Assembly (NCBI GenBank): GCA_044224875.1
Contig: JBGAJQ010000071.1
Location: 1-26,639, forward strand
From: Gemmatimonadaceae bacterium
Lineage (GTDB): Bacteria > Gemmatimonadota > Gemmatimonadetes > Gemmatimonadales > Gemmatimonadaceae
Length of the DNA stretch: 26,639 bases
Reading direction: 5' to 3'
Both the position numbers and the translations under genes were made by a program. The notes under the pieces are model-generated. The model did no database searches. It worked only from the letters and a program-made list of their open reading frames with translations, and was not told where the DNA came from. Of this stretch, positions 1 to 9,383 are shown one piece after another (within the stretch, counting starts at the first letter, position 1; each line of letters begins with the position of its first letter).

Positions 1-1647
1 CCTGCCGTCGCCCAGTATATAGAAGGCACGCGCGACGCCCAGACGGCGCGTGTTGACAGTGTGTTCCGCGCCTTCGACCGGATCGATTCGCCGGGATGTG
101 CGTTAGGCGTCTATCAGGATGGCGCGATCAAGTATGCGCGTGGGTACGGCATGGCGAGTCTGGAGCACAGCGTCCCGATCTCGCCTCGCACGGTGCTCGA
201 CGTCGGCTCGATCTCGAAGCAGTTCACGGCGATGTCGATGCTCCTGCTCGCCAAGGAGGGGAAATTCTCTCTCGAGGATCCGATCCGGAACATCTTCCCC
301 GAGATGCCGGCGTATGCAGGTGGCATCACGTGGCGCCGAGCGTTGAGCCAGACGAGTGGGCTGCGCGACCTCTGGACGATGTGGGACCAGACGGGGCGCG
401 CGTATGCCGGCGACACGGTCGATGCGCTCAACGTGATCTTCCATTCGACCGAGGCGAACTACACACCGGGCGAGCGCTATCTCTACACGAACACGGGGTG
501 GATCCTGGCGGCGCAGGCGGTTTACCGCCTGACGGGCAAGACGCTCGCCCAATTCGCCCAGGAGCGGCTGTTCATGCCGTTAGGCATGCGCGATACCCGG
601 TTCCTGTCGGACCGGAATGCCATCATCCCGAACCTCTCGGAGAGTTACGCCCCGCAAGCCAATGGTTTTCGTGTGGAGCGCTCCAACTACGACGGTGCGA
701 TTCAGGGAGCAGGCGGCGTTCACACGACGGTGGAGGACTTCGGGCGCTGGCTCAATAACTACGACGCGGCGACGATCGGGAGTCGCGACATCATCCAGAC
801 CATGACGACCGCCACGACGTTGAACAATGGTCGGCCAGCGACGTCGGGGCCAGGGATGGCGTACGCCGTCGGCCTCACCGTGGGCACCTTGCGCGGGCTG
901 CCCGTTGTTTCACACGGCGGCGCCTGGGGCGGCTTTCGCGGGCACTTCTTTCGATTCCCCGACCAGAAGTTCGCCGTCGCGACGTTTTGCAACGTGACGA
1001 ACGCCGGGCCGGACTCGCTCGCCGCCAAGGTGGCCGCGATCTACCTGGGCGACAAGATGCAGCCCGATACGGCGGCCATGTGGCTGGCGGCGTTAGGCAT
1101 GGAGCCCACGGTGGCCACACCGGCAGCCGCGCTCGCCGCCTACGTCGGCGTGTGGCGCAACGTCGATCGCGGTCAGGTGGTGCGGACGCAGATGAAGGGG
1201 GACACGCTCGTGTCGGCCGGCGAACCGCCGATTCCGTATGTGCCGTTAGGCGGAGGTCGTTTTCGCAGCGCTCGGGGCGAGATTCGCTTCGAGGGTGGAG
1301 CGCCGAACGGCGGATCGGCCACGCGCCTGCTGGTGCGTACGAAGACGGACACCGTGACGTTCCTGCGGGCCGACTCGGTTGCGCTCGACGCGGCGACCAT
1401 CGCGGAGTACGCTGGCAACTACCGGAGCGACGAGGCCGAGGTGACGCAGACGTGGAAGGCGGAGAAGGGGAAGCTCGTGGTGTATGCGGAATACCGGCGG
1501 CTGGGCACACTGCAGCCGAGCTACAAGGATGGCTTCACGTTGGACGGGGCCGTGATCGATATGGTGCGTGATGCGAAGGGGAAGATCAGTGGGTACACAG
1601 TGGAGTCGGGGCGGGTGCGGCACTTGAGGTTTGTGCGGGTGCGGTAG
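1..1647 (+). CDS. Serine hydrolase, beta-lactamase/AmpC family (5' partial)
   Basis: Frame is open from base 1. SxxK (SISK), YxN (YTN), LFxPLGM and HGG motifs, plus a C-terminal extension. Confidence 0.9.
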   Translation, partial: PAVAQYIEGTRDAQTARVDSVFRAFDRIDSPGCALGVYQDGAIKYARGYGMASLEHSVPISPRTVLDVGSISKQFTAMSMLLLAKEGKFSLEDPIRNIFPEMPAYAGGITWRRALSQTSGLRDLWTMWDQTGRAYAGDTVDALNVIFHSTEANYTPGERYLYTNTGWILAAQAVYRLTGKTLAQFAQERLFMPLGMRDTRFLSDRNAIIPNLSESYAPQANGFRVERSNYDGAIQGAGGVHTTVEDFGRWLNNYDAATIGSRDIIQTMTTATTLNNGRPATSGPGMAYAVGLTVGTLRGLPVVSHGGAWGGFRGHFFRFPDQKFAVATFCNVTNAGPDSLAAKVAAIYLGDKMQPDTAAMWLAALGMEPTVATPAAALAAYVGVWRNVDRGQVVRTQMKGDTLVSAGEPPIPYVPLGGGRFRSARGEIRFEGGAPNGGSATRLLVRTKTDTVTFLRADSVALDAATIAEYAGNYRSDEAEVTQTWKAEKGKLVVYAEYRRLGTLQPSYKDGFTLDGAVIDMVRDAKGKISGYTVESGRVRHLRFVRVR

Positions 1648-1681
1648 GTTGCCGCGGATGCCGTACAGGCAGGCGAGGCGC

Positions 1682-3145
1682 CTAACGCGGCACGCGGGTG
1701 AGCGCGATGCCGGCGACGTCGAGGCCGGTGACCTTCCCGTCCTTTCCGCGCCGGAACTTCACCGTTAGGCCGTTGACCGGGGAGATCGCCGAGTCGGCGG
1801 CGAGAAACACGAGTGGCGTTTCCGGGATGTACTGCGGCTCGGCGACCACCAGGCCCGCGCCCTTTCGAGTGACGGCGACACGCGAGGCCGGCACCTTGGA
1901 CGTGTACGTGCCCACCAGCGATTCGAGCGACGCGGAGTCCACCGAGATGATCGTGACCTCACGCGGCCCGTAGCCGGGCCAGCCGTATTCCTTCGCGATC
2001 GCGTAGAGGACCTCGGTGTTGAGTGCGTCGCCGTTGTCGCTGTTGGTCATGACTGCCGCACCCTTGCCGAGCGCGGGGAAGTAGATCACTTCGCAGCGGA
2101 ATCCCTCGTTGGCGCCGCCGTGCCCGAAGTGGAATCCCTCGCCGGTCCCGCCGAGCGCGGGCCCGATGCCGAAGCTCCCCTTCTGAACGGTGAGCATCTC
2201 GGTGGCGGCCTTCTGCGAGACGACCTTCGTGCTCTTCCCGTCGCGCGCGGCAGCGAGTTCCATGGCCCACTTGAGGAGGTCGGTCGGCGTGGTCCAGAGT
2301 CCCGCCGCTGCCTTCTCGGGATAGACGTGCCACTTTCCCGCGATCGGCTCGCCCTTGGCGTTGTACGCGGCGGCCTCCTGCCCGCGTCGTCCCTCGGCGA
2401 TGGGTTGGTCGTAACCGCTGTTGGTCATGCCGATGGGGTCGAGCACAAGCCGTTTCATCAGCGCCGTGAAGTCCTCGCCCGTCACGTCGGCCATCGCGAG
2501 TTGCTCGATGGTGATACCACCGCCTGAGTACCGCGAGATGGCGCCGGGCGTGGTATCGACGCGTACCGCGGCAGTGTTGGCGGGCTTGGCGCCGTCCAGC
2601 ACCTGCGACACCGTGGGCACCGGATCGGTGACCGCGTATCCGGGGAAGCCGTGCACCGTGAGCCCCGCGCTGTGTGAGGCGATGCGCCGGAGCGTGACCT
2701 TTGCCTGCGCGGTGAAGCGGTTGTCGGGGAGCTTCCACGACTTCAGGTACGTGTTGATCGGCTCGTCGAGGGCGAGCTTGCCTTCGTCCACCAGGTGCAT
2801 CATCGCCGTGGCGGCGACCGGCTTGCTGATGGAGGCGGCTTGGAAGAGCGTCGTCGGCGTGACGGAGTCCGCGGTGCCGACGATCTTGAGGCCATAGCCC
2901 TTCGCCCACGTAATCGTGCCGCCGTCGACGACGGCGATCGAGATGCCTGGCACCTTGTAGCGCTGCATGCGCGCGGCGAGCGTGTACGTGGTCTCGGGCG
3001 TGCCCGAGATGCGGATGGACGCGCGCAGTCCCGACTCGACGTTTGCGGCGTGGTCGACGGCGCCGGCGTTTTTGGGCGAGGCTTTGGAGCCGCCACACGC
3101 GGCGACGGCGAGGGTGCTGAGGACGACACCGGCAATCGTGCGCAT
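1682..3145 (-). CDS. Serine hydrolase, beta-lactamase/AmpC family, lipoprotein
   Basis: FQAASISK, YSGGG and HGG motifs. Start moved to MRTIAG (AGGTGG RBS); lipobox-like LAVAAC. Confidence 0.9.
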   Translation of the reverse strand: MRTIAGVVLSTLAVAACGGSKASPKNAGAVDHAANVESGLRASIRISGTPETTYTLAARMQRYKVPGISIAVVDGGTITWAKGYGLKIVGTADSVTPTTLFQAASISKPVAATAMMHLVDEGKLALDEPINTYLKSWKLPDNRFTAQAKVTLRRIASHSAGLTVHGFPGYAVTDPVPTVSQVLDGAKPANTAAVRVDTTPGAISRYSGGGITIEQLAMADVTGEDFTALMKRLVLDPIGMTNSGYDQPIAEGRRGQEAAAYNAKGEPIAGKWHVYPEKAAAGLWTTPTDLLKWAMELAAARDGKSTKVVSQKAATEMLTVQKGSFGIGPALGGTGEGFHFGHGGANEGFRCEVIYFPALGKGAAVMTNSDNGDALNTEVLYAIAKEYGWPGYGPREVTIISVDSASLESLVGTYTSKVPASRVAVTRKGAGLVVAEPQYIPETPLVFLAADSAISPVNGLTVKFRRGKDGKVTGLDVAGIALTRVPR

Positions 3146-3313
3146 GGGCCACCTGTGGGACGGACTGCCGAAACTTACCTGCGGGGGGAGGCAGTCGCGA
3201 GGCTCTTCGTTGCCCAAGCTGCAACCCTCCGCCGCACGCCGTTCATCGTCAGCGCCAACGCCAACGCCACTCATACTCCCGGCCACCCCCGCCCGCTGAA
3301 CGCCCAATCGCCT

Positions 3314-3916
3314 TCAATCCTTCTTTCTGCCAATGAACTGCACCACCGAGGCCATCCCCGTGTGGCCCGGCCCCTCCACCACTTCGCGCTCAACCTCGCA
3401 CAGATGAACGGTCTCGAGGGCAGGAAACTCGCGCCGGACCTTGTCCAGCGTCATCAACATGTCCGCGTCCTTGGGGCCGCCCGTGCTGCGCGCCAGCTGA
3501 TGCTCCGAATATGCTTCGAGCAACAGAATGCCACCGGGCTTGAGGGCTGCTTCCAGCAACGGGTAGAGCCTTCGGCGAATCACGCTTGGCAAGTGCGCTG
3601 AAATGGAGATGATCGAACCGAAATGATTTGGCTCCGGCACGTACACGCCGAGGTCGGCCTGCACCGTCTCGATCACCACCCCGCGCGCGGCCGCCAGTTG
3701 CTCGGCGTGGTCCAGCGCGACTCTTGAGATGTCCACGCCAACCACCTTGAGCCCGCGGGAGGCGAGATACACGGCATTCCGACCTTCACCCTCCGACAGC
3801 GACAACACCGGAGAGGTGAGTCGTCCGACGTGTTCGGCAAGGAAGGTGTTCGGTTCAGTGCCGTACAGGTACGTCCCGGCGGCGTAGCGCGTGTTCCAGA
3901 AAATCTCGTCGTCCAT
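3314..3916 (-). CDS. Class I SAM-dependent methyltransferase (TehB-like)
   Basis: FWNxRY...YGTEPN N-terminus, LSLSEGEGRNAVYLA motif I, VVGVDIS, LKPGG. Confidence 0.88.
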   Translation of the reverse strand: MDDEIFWNTRYAAGTYLYGTEPNTFLAEHVGRLTSPVLSLSEGEGRNAVYLASRGLKVVGVDISRVALDHAEQLAAARGVVIETVQADLGVYVPEPNHFGSIISISAHLPSVIRRRLYPLLEAALKPGGILLLEAYSEHQLARSTGGPKDADMLMTLDKVRREFPALETVHLCEVEREVVEGPGHTGMASVVQFIGRKKD

Positions 3917-3929
3917 CGCGATTCTCGTG

Positions 3930-3960
3930 GTCTAACGTTAGGTGAAATGAGCGGCTGCAC
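3930..3960 (-). other. attC-like right half (L'/R') upstream of the methyltransferase
   Basis: Minus strand GCCGCTCATTTCACCTAAC-GTTAGAC, a GTTRRRY core about 13 nt before the ATG. No matching left arm found. Confidence 0.4.
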
Positions 3961-4479
3961 CGCTGTCACGGCACACGCGCTAAACGGTCATTGGGCCTGC
4001 GCATCGAGAAGGATTTTCGGCCGATGCTCCCGGCAACCGGCCACGGTGTTCTCTCGAATCATGCCTTGGGCGAGGCGCTATTCCAATACCACCGTGAACG
4101 CCACGTCCAGCAGCCCGTGGGTGATCCAGATTGGTCTGTTTGCTGTGGGTCGCTGCGCTGTGGCCGAGCGGCACGGCTCCCGCTCACCGCCCCCTTGCCA
4201 AATTTGGCAAGGGCGCGCGACGATGCTGCATCACCTGGTGACGACATTCCGCTGCGCGCGTGCGTAAGGCGTTTCAGGGTGTGGCGTTCGCGCCGACCGG
4301 CGTCAGCGTACGCGTGATCGGGCTGGCGTTCGTGATCCACGTCAACACACCTGCGTCCCGCACCCAGTAGGCTTTCTGTCCGCACCATGACGCACGTGCT
4401 CGCAATGCCGCGCGTGAGCACCGCGGCAAACCCGGGCCTGTGACCTAACGACCGCCCCGCACCACCGGAGCACCAGCCC

Positions 4480-5682
4480 ATGCGACGTCCCTCCCTCTCA
4501 ATCGCCGCCATTGTTTTCCTCGCCTTGGGCTGCAACGAGCGCTCCGCCACCACTCCCACCGGTGTTGACCCCGCGCTCACGCCACTCCCGTCGGATGCCT
4601 CGCCAGCTCTCACGCCGCACCCGGCGACCCCCACCCGCTGGCTCATGGGCTACTACGCCGGCTACGAACGCAGCCTGTACCCCGAAAACACCATCGACTT
4701 CTCCCTCCTCACGCACATCATGGTCGGCGCCATCGAGGCCACTCCCACCGGCGGCGTCACCACGGACTTCTGGGTGGATCCCGTCAACGGACCCATCATG
4801 GCCCGCACCATAGCCACCCGCGCCCACCAGGCCGGACGGAGCGCGGTGTTGATGCTGGGCGGCGCGGGCTATCGCAACAACCTCGTTGCCGCCACGGCGC
4901 CGGCCATCATGCCCACCTTCGTCGCGAATCTCATCAACACGATGAACTCGTTAGGGTACGACGGCATCGACGTGGACTGGGAACCCATCCTGCCGAGCGA
5001 TCAGGTGCCATTGTTAGACCTGGTGAAGCGACTGCGCGCGGCACAACCGTCGATGCTGCTGACGATGCCGGTGGGCTGGGTCAGCTCCAACTCTCCCACC
5101 GTGGATCCGTGGTACGGCACGGTCGCCATGCAGCTGGACCGGATGTCCGTCATGACCTACGGCATGGCAGACAACTGGGGCGGTTGGGTGAGCTGGCACC
5201 AGGGCGCGCTCTACGGCGCGGGCGCCAACCATCCCAGCTCGGTGGCCACCAGTGCGCGCCCCTACGTCCTGGCCGGCGTGCCGCGCAAGAAGTTGGGGAT
5301 CGGACTCGGCTTCTTTGGCTCCTGCTGGAGTGGCGTCACCACGATGTTGCAGCCGCTGGGCGCGAACGATCGCGTCATCGCCAGCGACGGCGCGATGAGC
5401 TACGTCAACATCACGAACTCGTACTACAACGCGGCCGCCTATCGCTGGGACGCCACGGCGCGCGCGGGCTACCTCTCCTTTGCCAGCCCCACAGGACCGC
5501 AGGGCTGCTCGATGGTCTCCTACGAAGACCCGGCGTCCGTCACCGAGAAGGGCACGGCCCTCAAGGCCGCGGGACTCGGCGGCGCGATCATCTGGACGAT
5601 CGGCCAGGGGCACTTCCTCAATGCACCGGTGGGGCAACAGGATCCGTTGCTCTCCGTCGCCTACAACGCCATCGTGCCCTAG
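4480..5682 (+). CDS. Glycoside hydrolase family 18 (chitinase-like) lipoprotein
   Basis: DGIDVDWE (DxxDxDxE) catalytic motif, VMTY, LGGAIIW; lipobox LALGC; GGAG RBS. Confidence 0.92.
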   Translation: MRRPSLSIAAIVFLALGCNERSATTPTGVDPALTPLPSDASPALTPHPATPTRWLMGYYAGYERSLYPENTIDFSLLTHIMVGAIEATPTGGVTTDFWVDPVNGPIMARTIATRAHQAGRSAVLMLGGAGYRNNLVAATAPAIMPTFVANLINTMNSLGYDGIDVDWEPILPSDQVPLLDLVKRLRAAQPSMLLTMPVGWVSSNSPTVDPWYGTVAMQLDRMSVMTYGMADNWGGWVSWHQGALYGAGANHPSSVATSARPYVLAGVPRKKLGIGLGFFGSCWSGVTTMLQPLGANDRVIASDGAMSYVNITNSYYNAAAYRWDATARAGYLSFASPTGPQGCSMVSYEDPASVTEKGTALKAAGLGGAIIWTIGQGHFLNAPVGQQDPLLSVAYNAIVP

Positions 5683-5713
5683 CCATCCGTCGCCTACAAC
5701 GCCATCGTGCCCT
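5653..5713 (+). repeat. 28-bp direct duplication of the GH18 3' end
   Basis: TCCGTCGCCTACAACGCCATCGTGCCCT at 5653-5680 and 5686-5713. Confidence 0.95.
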
Positions 5714-6155
5714 TACGCGGCTGATGGACGCCGCGCTCTGATCGGCGCGTGATCAGGCCTGCGGCAACGGCACCACCGGTGAATCCGAGGAAGCCCAGCA
5801 ACGACATGTGGTGCCACGCCCAAGGTCCGCCGAGCCAGCCCACGGTCAGGCCGGCGGCCAACCCGAGATTCGTGTAGAGCACCAAGCGGCCTAACGGCAC
5901 ACGGCGCAGCGCACCAAACGCCATCACGGTGCCCAGCACGGCGCCAGCAATGCACGCCTCCAATCCAGCTCCAATGGCCATCGCGGCGATCTGCCCAGCG
6001 GAGACTGGCTCGGCCGGTGTCAGCACCGCCGCCGCAATCAGAGCTGCAACACCGCCGGCGATGGCTCCGCCAATAGCGCTCAAGGTTGCGACAACGGCGC
6101 CGGCGCTGGCTCGGGGGCCGTTCACCGCCGCCCGAAGAGTCTTGAGCGGCGACAT
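5694..6155 (-). CDS. Gly/Ala-rich membrane protein, unknown function
   Basis: About 4 hydrophobic segments; start taken at MSPLK. The stop lies inside the duplicated repeat. Confidence 0.6.
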   Translation of the reverse strand: MSPLKTLRAAVNGPRASAGAVVATLSAIGGAIAGGVAALIAAAVLTPAEPVSAGQIAAMAIGAGLEACIAGAVLGTVMAFGALRRVPLGRLVLYTNLGLAAGLTVGWLGGPWAWHHMSLLGFLGFTGGAVAAGLITRRSERGVHQPRKGTMAL

Positions 6156-6219
6156 GCGCGTTTGACGTGGCAGGTCGAGTTCATACAACTGCCTGACCGG
6201 ATCGGCTTCCGTTGTGTAG

Positions 6220-6744
6220 TTAGGCATCTGTTCGCTCTTCGCGCAAACGGGCAACATCACGGGCGGTCAGCTTGAACGCTGCGGCGCCCGAGGTCACGTG
6301 CAAGACGTCCGGTTGCAGACCCAGGCGATGTGCGGCCTGACGATTCGCGCGTTTCATCCAGCTGACGGCGCCACCAAAGATGGCGGGGTAGCTGAGGAGC
6401 GTCGCGATCGCGGGAAGCCAGGGGTGAGCGCCAAGCTCCGATGGTGCCAACACGGCGACGGTCGCCAGTCCCAGCACGGCAGCCGGGGTGATGCTGAAGG
6501 CTGCGACCAGGCTTCTCCTGAGACTGCGCCGCTCATGAACAGCGCACGGCTCGCAGATCATGTGGCCCTGCACGAGCCACGGGCCGCCCAACGCCCCCGG
6601 TGCGTAGAGCGGCCCGTCGCAGTTCCCGCAGTGCTCCTCGTGATTGCGGCGCGCCGATCGCCGCGCCCGAACGATCGCGAGCGACGTCAAGCCGGTTGGG
6701 AGCGCCACCAAGGCGGTGAGGAAGATCGGATTCATCCCGAACAC
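6220..6744 (-). CDS. Membrane protein with two CxxC pairs (putative Zn finger), cassette-like
   Basis: HCGNC...ICEPC, about 3 TM segments, AAGGAG RBS. Preceded by GTTAGGC and ends in GCC-TAA-C. Confidence 0.65.
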   Translation of the reverse strand: MFGMNPIFLTALVALPTGLTSLAIVRARRSARRNHEEHCGNCDGPLYAPGALGGPWLVQGHMICEPCAVHERRSLRRSLVAAFSITPAAVLGLATVAVLAPSELGAHPWLPAIATLLSYPAIFGGAVSWMKRANRQAAHRLGLQPDVLHVTSGAAAFKLTARDVARLREERTDA

Positions 6745-6762
6745 ACATGCTCCTTTGGAAAC

Positions 6763-6858
6763 GCCTAACGCCCCGATCTCAGCAGCGGCGAGCGGTCATA
6801 TCAGTCGCGCTGTGGAAGCGGAGCCTCTCCGTGCTCGTTCGCACTCTATGGTATAGGC
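6763..6858 (-). other. Degenerate attC site
   Basis: Minus strand GCCTATAC (R''-like, 1-nt insertion) ... GCTCGCCGCTGCTGAGATCGGGGC-GTTAGGC (R'). CGTTGCCTA(T)AC complements the cassette start GTTAGGCAACG at 7557-7547. Confidence 0.6.
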
Positions 6859-6994
6859 AACGCCGAGGCGGTGCCGGGGCACAAACAGGCTCACTCGGCG
6901 CCGGTTGTGCTCGCGGCTACATACGACCGACGGGAGCACCGCTGATCCCTCCGTTGGCAGGTCCAACTTCCCTACAACAGCAGACAGCTCAACC

Positions 6995-7522
6995 CTATTT
7001 CGACGATGGCGCGGGGGAGACCCAGTCAGCGCAGCGAGCACCGTATATCTGGTTGGCGAGCGACTCATGGGACTGCACAATCCGCCACCCGTTGGCTCGG
7101 CGCTGCAGAACGCCCGTCCATACGCCCGTGCCCGAGATCTCCGGGTGCTGCTTCATCTTGATAGTGAAGTGGTACGTCTCGGTCGCGGCGACTGCGTCTG
7201 GGCTGAGCACAATCGCCGCGTAGCTATCCACGTTCTGCTGGAGCTTCTCAAACTGGGGCCCGAGCGCCTCGTACCCCTGCTTGTAGGCGGCGTAAGAGGG
7301 GTACAGCGCTCCGGCCTCAGCGTAGGTCGCATCCGCGTCAGGCGAGAAGTTGGCCAGGTAGCCCGCCCAATCGAGTCGGTCCGCACTCGCCATCGTCGCC
7401 TGCATGAACGCCTTCGCGGAATCGGCGATGGCGGCCTTCCTTGCGTCGGTCAGCGGGGCCGGCGCGGGAGCGCTACAGGCGAAGGTCACGACGACTGCCA
7501 AGGAAATCGATGCCACACGCAT
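6995..7522 (-). CDS. NTF2/SnoaL-like (DUF4440-type) lipoprotein, cassette-like
   Basis: Lipobox TFAC; VLSPDAV and GWRIVQSHES motifs; GGGAGG RBS shortly after a GTTAGGC core. Confidence 0.8.
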   Translation of the reverse strand: MRVASISLAVVVTFACSAPAPAPLTDARKAAIADSAKAFMQATMASADRLDWAGYLANFSPDADATYAEAGALYPSYAAYKQGYEALGPQFEKLQQNVDSYAAIVLSPDAVAATETYHFTIKMKQHPEISGTGVWTGVLQRRANGWRIVQSHESLANQIYGARCADWVSPAPSSK

Positions 7523-7885
7523 GGTGAGTCCCTCCCACGAAGGTTGCGTTGCCTAACGACGACTCATCTCGCGCCCCGGCCACCGTCCCACCCCACGCTG
7601 TCGTTTAGCTGGCGCGACGTTCGACGTACCTACGACCTACGGGCCGGTCCCGCCAGTAGAGGCTGGCCACGGCCATCCGGCTTTCATCGGCCCCAACCCT
7701 ACCAACCCCTACATAGCGTGTCGATGCGCCCCAACCGAGCCGCGCGGAGACTCGCTCGTCGGCTAGACGTTAGGCATCGCCGCAACGACTGGTCATATTT
7801 CCAGACCTTCCGCGTTCATTGCCTTGGTGCCCGCGCCCTCGGTAGCCGTGCCAACGTGACGACCGACGAGGACATGGAAACGGGC

Positions 7886-7914
7886 TTGACGTACTCGCTG
7901 AGGCACCCTAGCGT
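7886..7914 (+). promoter_or_regulatory. Sigma70-type promoter, probably giving a leaderless transcript
   Basis: TTGACG-17 nt-TAGCGT, followed 6 nt later by ATG 7921; no RBS. Confidence 0.6.
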
Positions 7915-7920
7915 CCGTCC

Positions 7921-8148
7921 ATGGACCTCTTGGCGCGTATTTCGATCGACCCCGCCGTGCGCTTCGGCAAGCCCTGTGTGCGGGGGACGCGAGTCACCGT
8001 CGGCGACGTCCTCGGGTATCTCGCCTCCGGCATGACGGAGTCCGCGATTCTCGCGGATTTTCCCGACCTGACCCACGAAGACGTGTTGGCCTGTCTCGCG
8101 TTCGCTGCCGAACGTGAGCGACGGATCATGCCAACGCCAGCCGCCTAG
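7921..8148 (+). CDS. DUF433 antitoxin (VapB45-like)
   Basis: RISIDPAVRFGKPCVRGTRVTVxDVLxYLASGM...DFPDL signature. Confidence 0.92.
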   Translation: MDLLARISIDPAVRFGKPCVRGTRVTVGDVLGYLASGMTESAILADFPDLTHEDVLACLAFAAERERRIMPTPAA

Positions 8149-8504
8149 TGGCGGTCCGGCTGCTATTTGACGAGAACCTCGCCGCCCGTCTGGTGGCGGA
8201 TGTGGCGGCGGAGTACCCGGAGTCAGCGCATGTTGTGGCCGCGCTGGGATTGCGAGCACGAGACGAAACAATCTGGGAGTACGCCAAGGCTCACGGCTTC
8301 GTGCTCGTAACAAAGGACGAGGACTTCCAACGGCTCAGCGTGTGGCGCGGCTTCCCTCCGAAGGTGGTCTGGATTCGGGCGGGGAACGTGAGTACGCGTG
8401 AGATCGCAGAGCTATTGCGGCAGCAGGTGGCGCTGGTCCAAATCTTCGTTGAGGATCCGGATGCGGCGTTCCTTCCGCTGGGTCGCCGAGCAAGCGATGC
8501 CTAA
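8148..8504 (+). CDS. DUF5615 PIN-like toxin (VapC45-like)
   Basis: LLFDENL, D-x-x-IWEYA, VTKDEDF, PPKVVW; TAGTG stop/start overlap with the antitoxin. Confidence 0.92.
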   Translation: MAVRLLFDENLAARLVADVAAEYPESAHVVAALGLRARDETIWEYAKAHGFVLVTKDEDFQRLSVWRGFPPKVVWIRAGNVSTREIAELLRQQVALVQIFVEDPDAAFLPLGRRASDA

Positions 8505-8581
8505 CGAAATGTGCAGCAGCCGGCGGGAGGTGTGTGCAGCGGTACTGCGCTCCCGCCGCAGGTGACATTTGGCTGTTCGGT
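8499..8581 (+). other. attC site
   Basis: R'' GCCTAAC overlaps the stop. Arm AAATGT(G)CAGCAG(C)CGGCGGGAG pairs with CTCCCGCCGCAGGTGACATTT, leaving two extra bases. R' GTTCGGT; 83 bp. Confidence 0.82.
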
Positions 8582-8585
8582 GGTG

Positions 8586-9161
8586 CTACGGCGACAGCTC
8601 TCCCCCCATCGCCTGCTGCAACCAGATCCGCGCCAGACGCCAATCTCGCTGCACCGTCCGCTCCGACACGTTCCGCAGCTGGCCGATCTCGCTGAAGGTG
8701 TAGCCGCAGAAGAAGCTCAGGTCCACCAACTCGGCGAGCGCCGGCTTGTGCGTCGCTAACTCATCGAGGGCGTCCGAAAGCCGATCCAGGTCGGCCGCAT
8801 CCTGGCCGTCGGCTCCAACCGGCGTGACCTCCGGTGTGAGGGTGATGGCGAATGCTCCCCCGCCCCGCTTCTTCGCCCGGGAGTGTCGCGCGTAGTCGAT
8901 CATCAGGCCCCGCATCGCCCGCGCCGCGTAGCTGAGGAAGTGCGCCCGATCCACAAACTGCGTCCCATCGCGTTGGGCCATGTCCAGATAGGCCTCGTGC
9001 AGCAGCGTCGTCGCGCCGAGTGACAGCTCCGACCCTCCCTTCTTGAGCTGACGCTCGGCGATCTGTCGAAGCTCCTGGTACAGCGCGGCAAAGAGCTGAT
9101 CCGCTGCACCAGACGCGCCGGCGTCCGCTTGCTCGATGAGCTTGACGATGCTGTCCGGCAC
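8586..9161 (-). CDS. ECF-type sigma factor (TIGR02999/ECF43-like)
   Basis: LYQELRQIA, ATTLLHEAYL, DRAHFLSYAARAMR, AKKRGG, VSERTVQRDWRLARIWL. Confidence 0.92.
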   Translation of the reverse strand: MPDSIVKLIEQADAGASGAADQLFAALYQELRQIAERQLKKGGSELSLGATTLLHEAYLDMAQRDGTQFVDRAHFLSYAARAMRGLMIDYARHSRAKKRGGGAFAITLTPEVTPVGADGQDAADLDRLSDALDELATHKPALAELVDLSFFCGYTFSEIGQLRNVSERTVQRDWRLARIWLQQAMGGELSP

Positions 9162-9231
9162 GCGCCCTCGGTGGTTGCTCGGCCCACAATGTAGCCGGGT
9201 TCGCCGACCCCGACCAGAACGACCGGCCCGG

Positions 9232-9265
9232 CGTGTCGTCCTCCGCCACGAAAAAACGATCTCCT
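9232..9265 (+). promoter_or_regulatory. Putative ECF-dependent promoter, copy 1
   Basis: CGTGTCG...CGAAAAAnCGATCTCCT; 28/34 identical to 10687-10720, same spacing. Confidence 0.65.
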
Positions 9266-9383
9266 ACACAGCGTCCATTGCAGTGCACGGGACTTCGCCC
9301 GTGCCTGCCTCACGAGTGGCCAGGGGGTCCCGGGCACCGTGCGACTGAGCGACACGAAGTGGACCAGGCACGGTGGAGATCTC

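Larger units (their letters stand above)
7770..8575 (+). mobile_element. Integron-type gene cassette carrying the DUF433/DUF5615 TA pair
   Basis: Start GTTAGGCATCGC (7769-7780) is the exact reverse complement of GCGATGCCTAAC (8494-8505), which is followed by an attC hairpin. Confidence 0.8.

Noticed and set aside
1..3145. Calling the serine hydrolases antibiotic-resistance beta-lactamases
   Set aside because: The motifs only define the broad family; substrate cannot be inferred.
3960..4470. Short ORFs between the methyltransferase and GH18 genes
   Set aside because: No recognisable motif or RBS; at most a decayed fragment.
6905..8035. 376-aa plus-strand ORF and similar long Arg/Pro-rich overlapping ORFs across the window
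   Set aside because: High-GC shadow frames overlapping better-supported genes.
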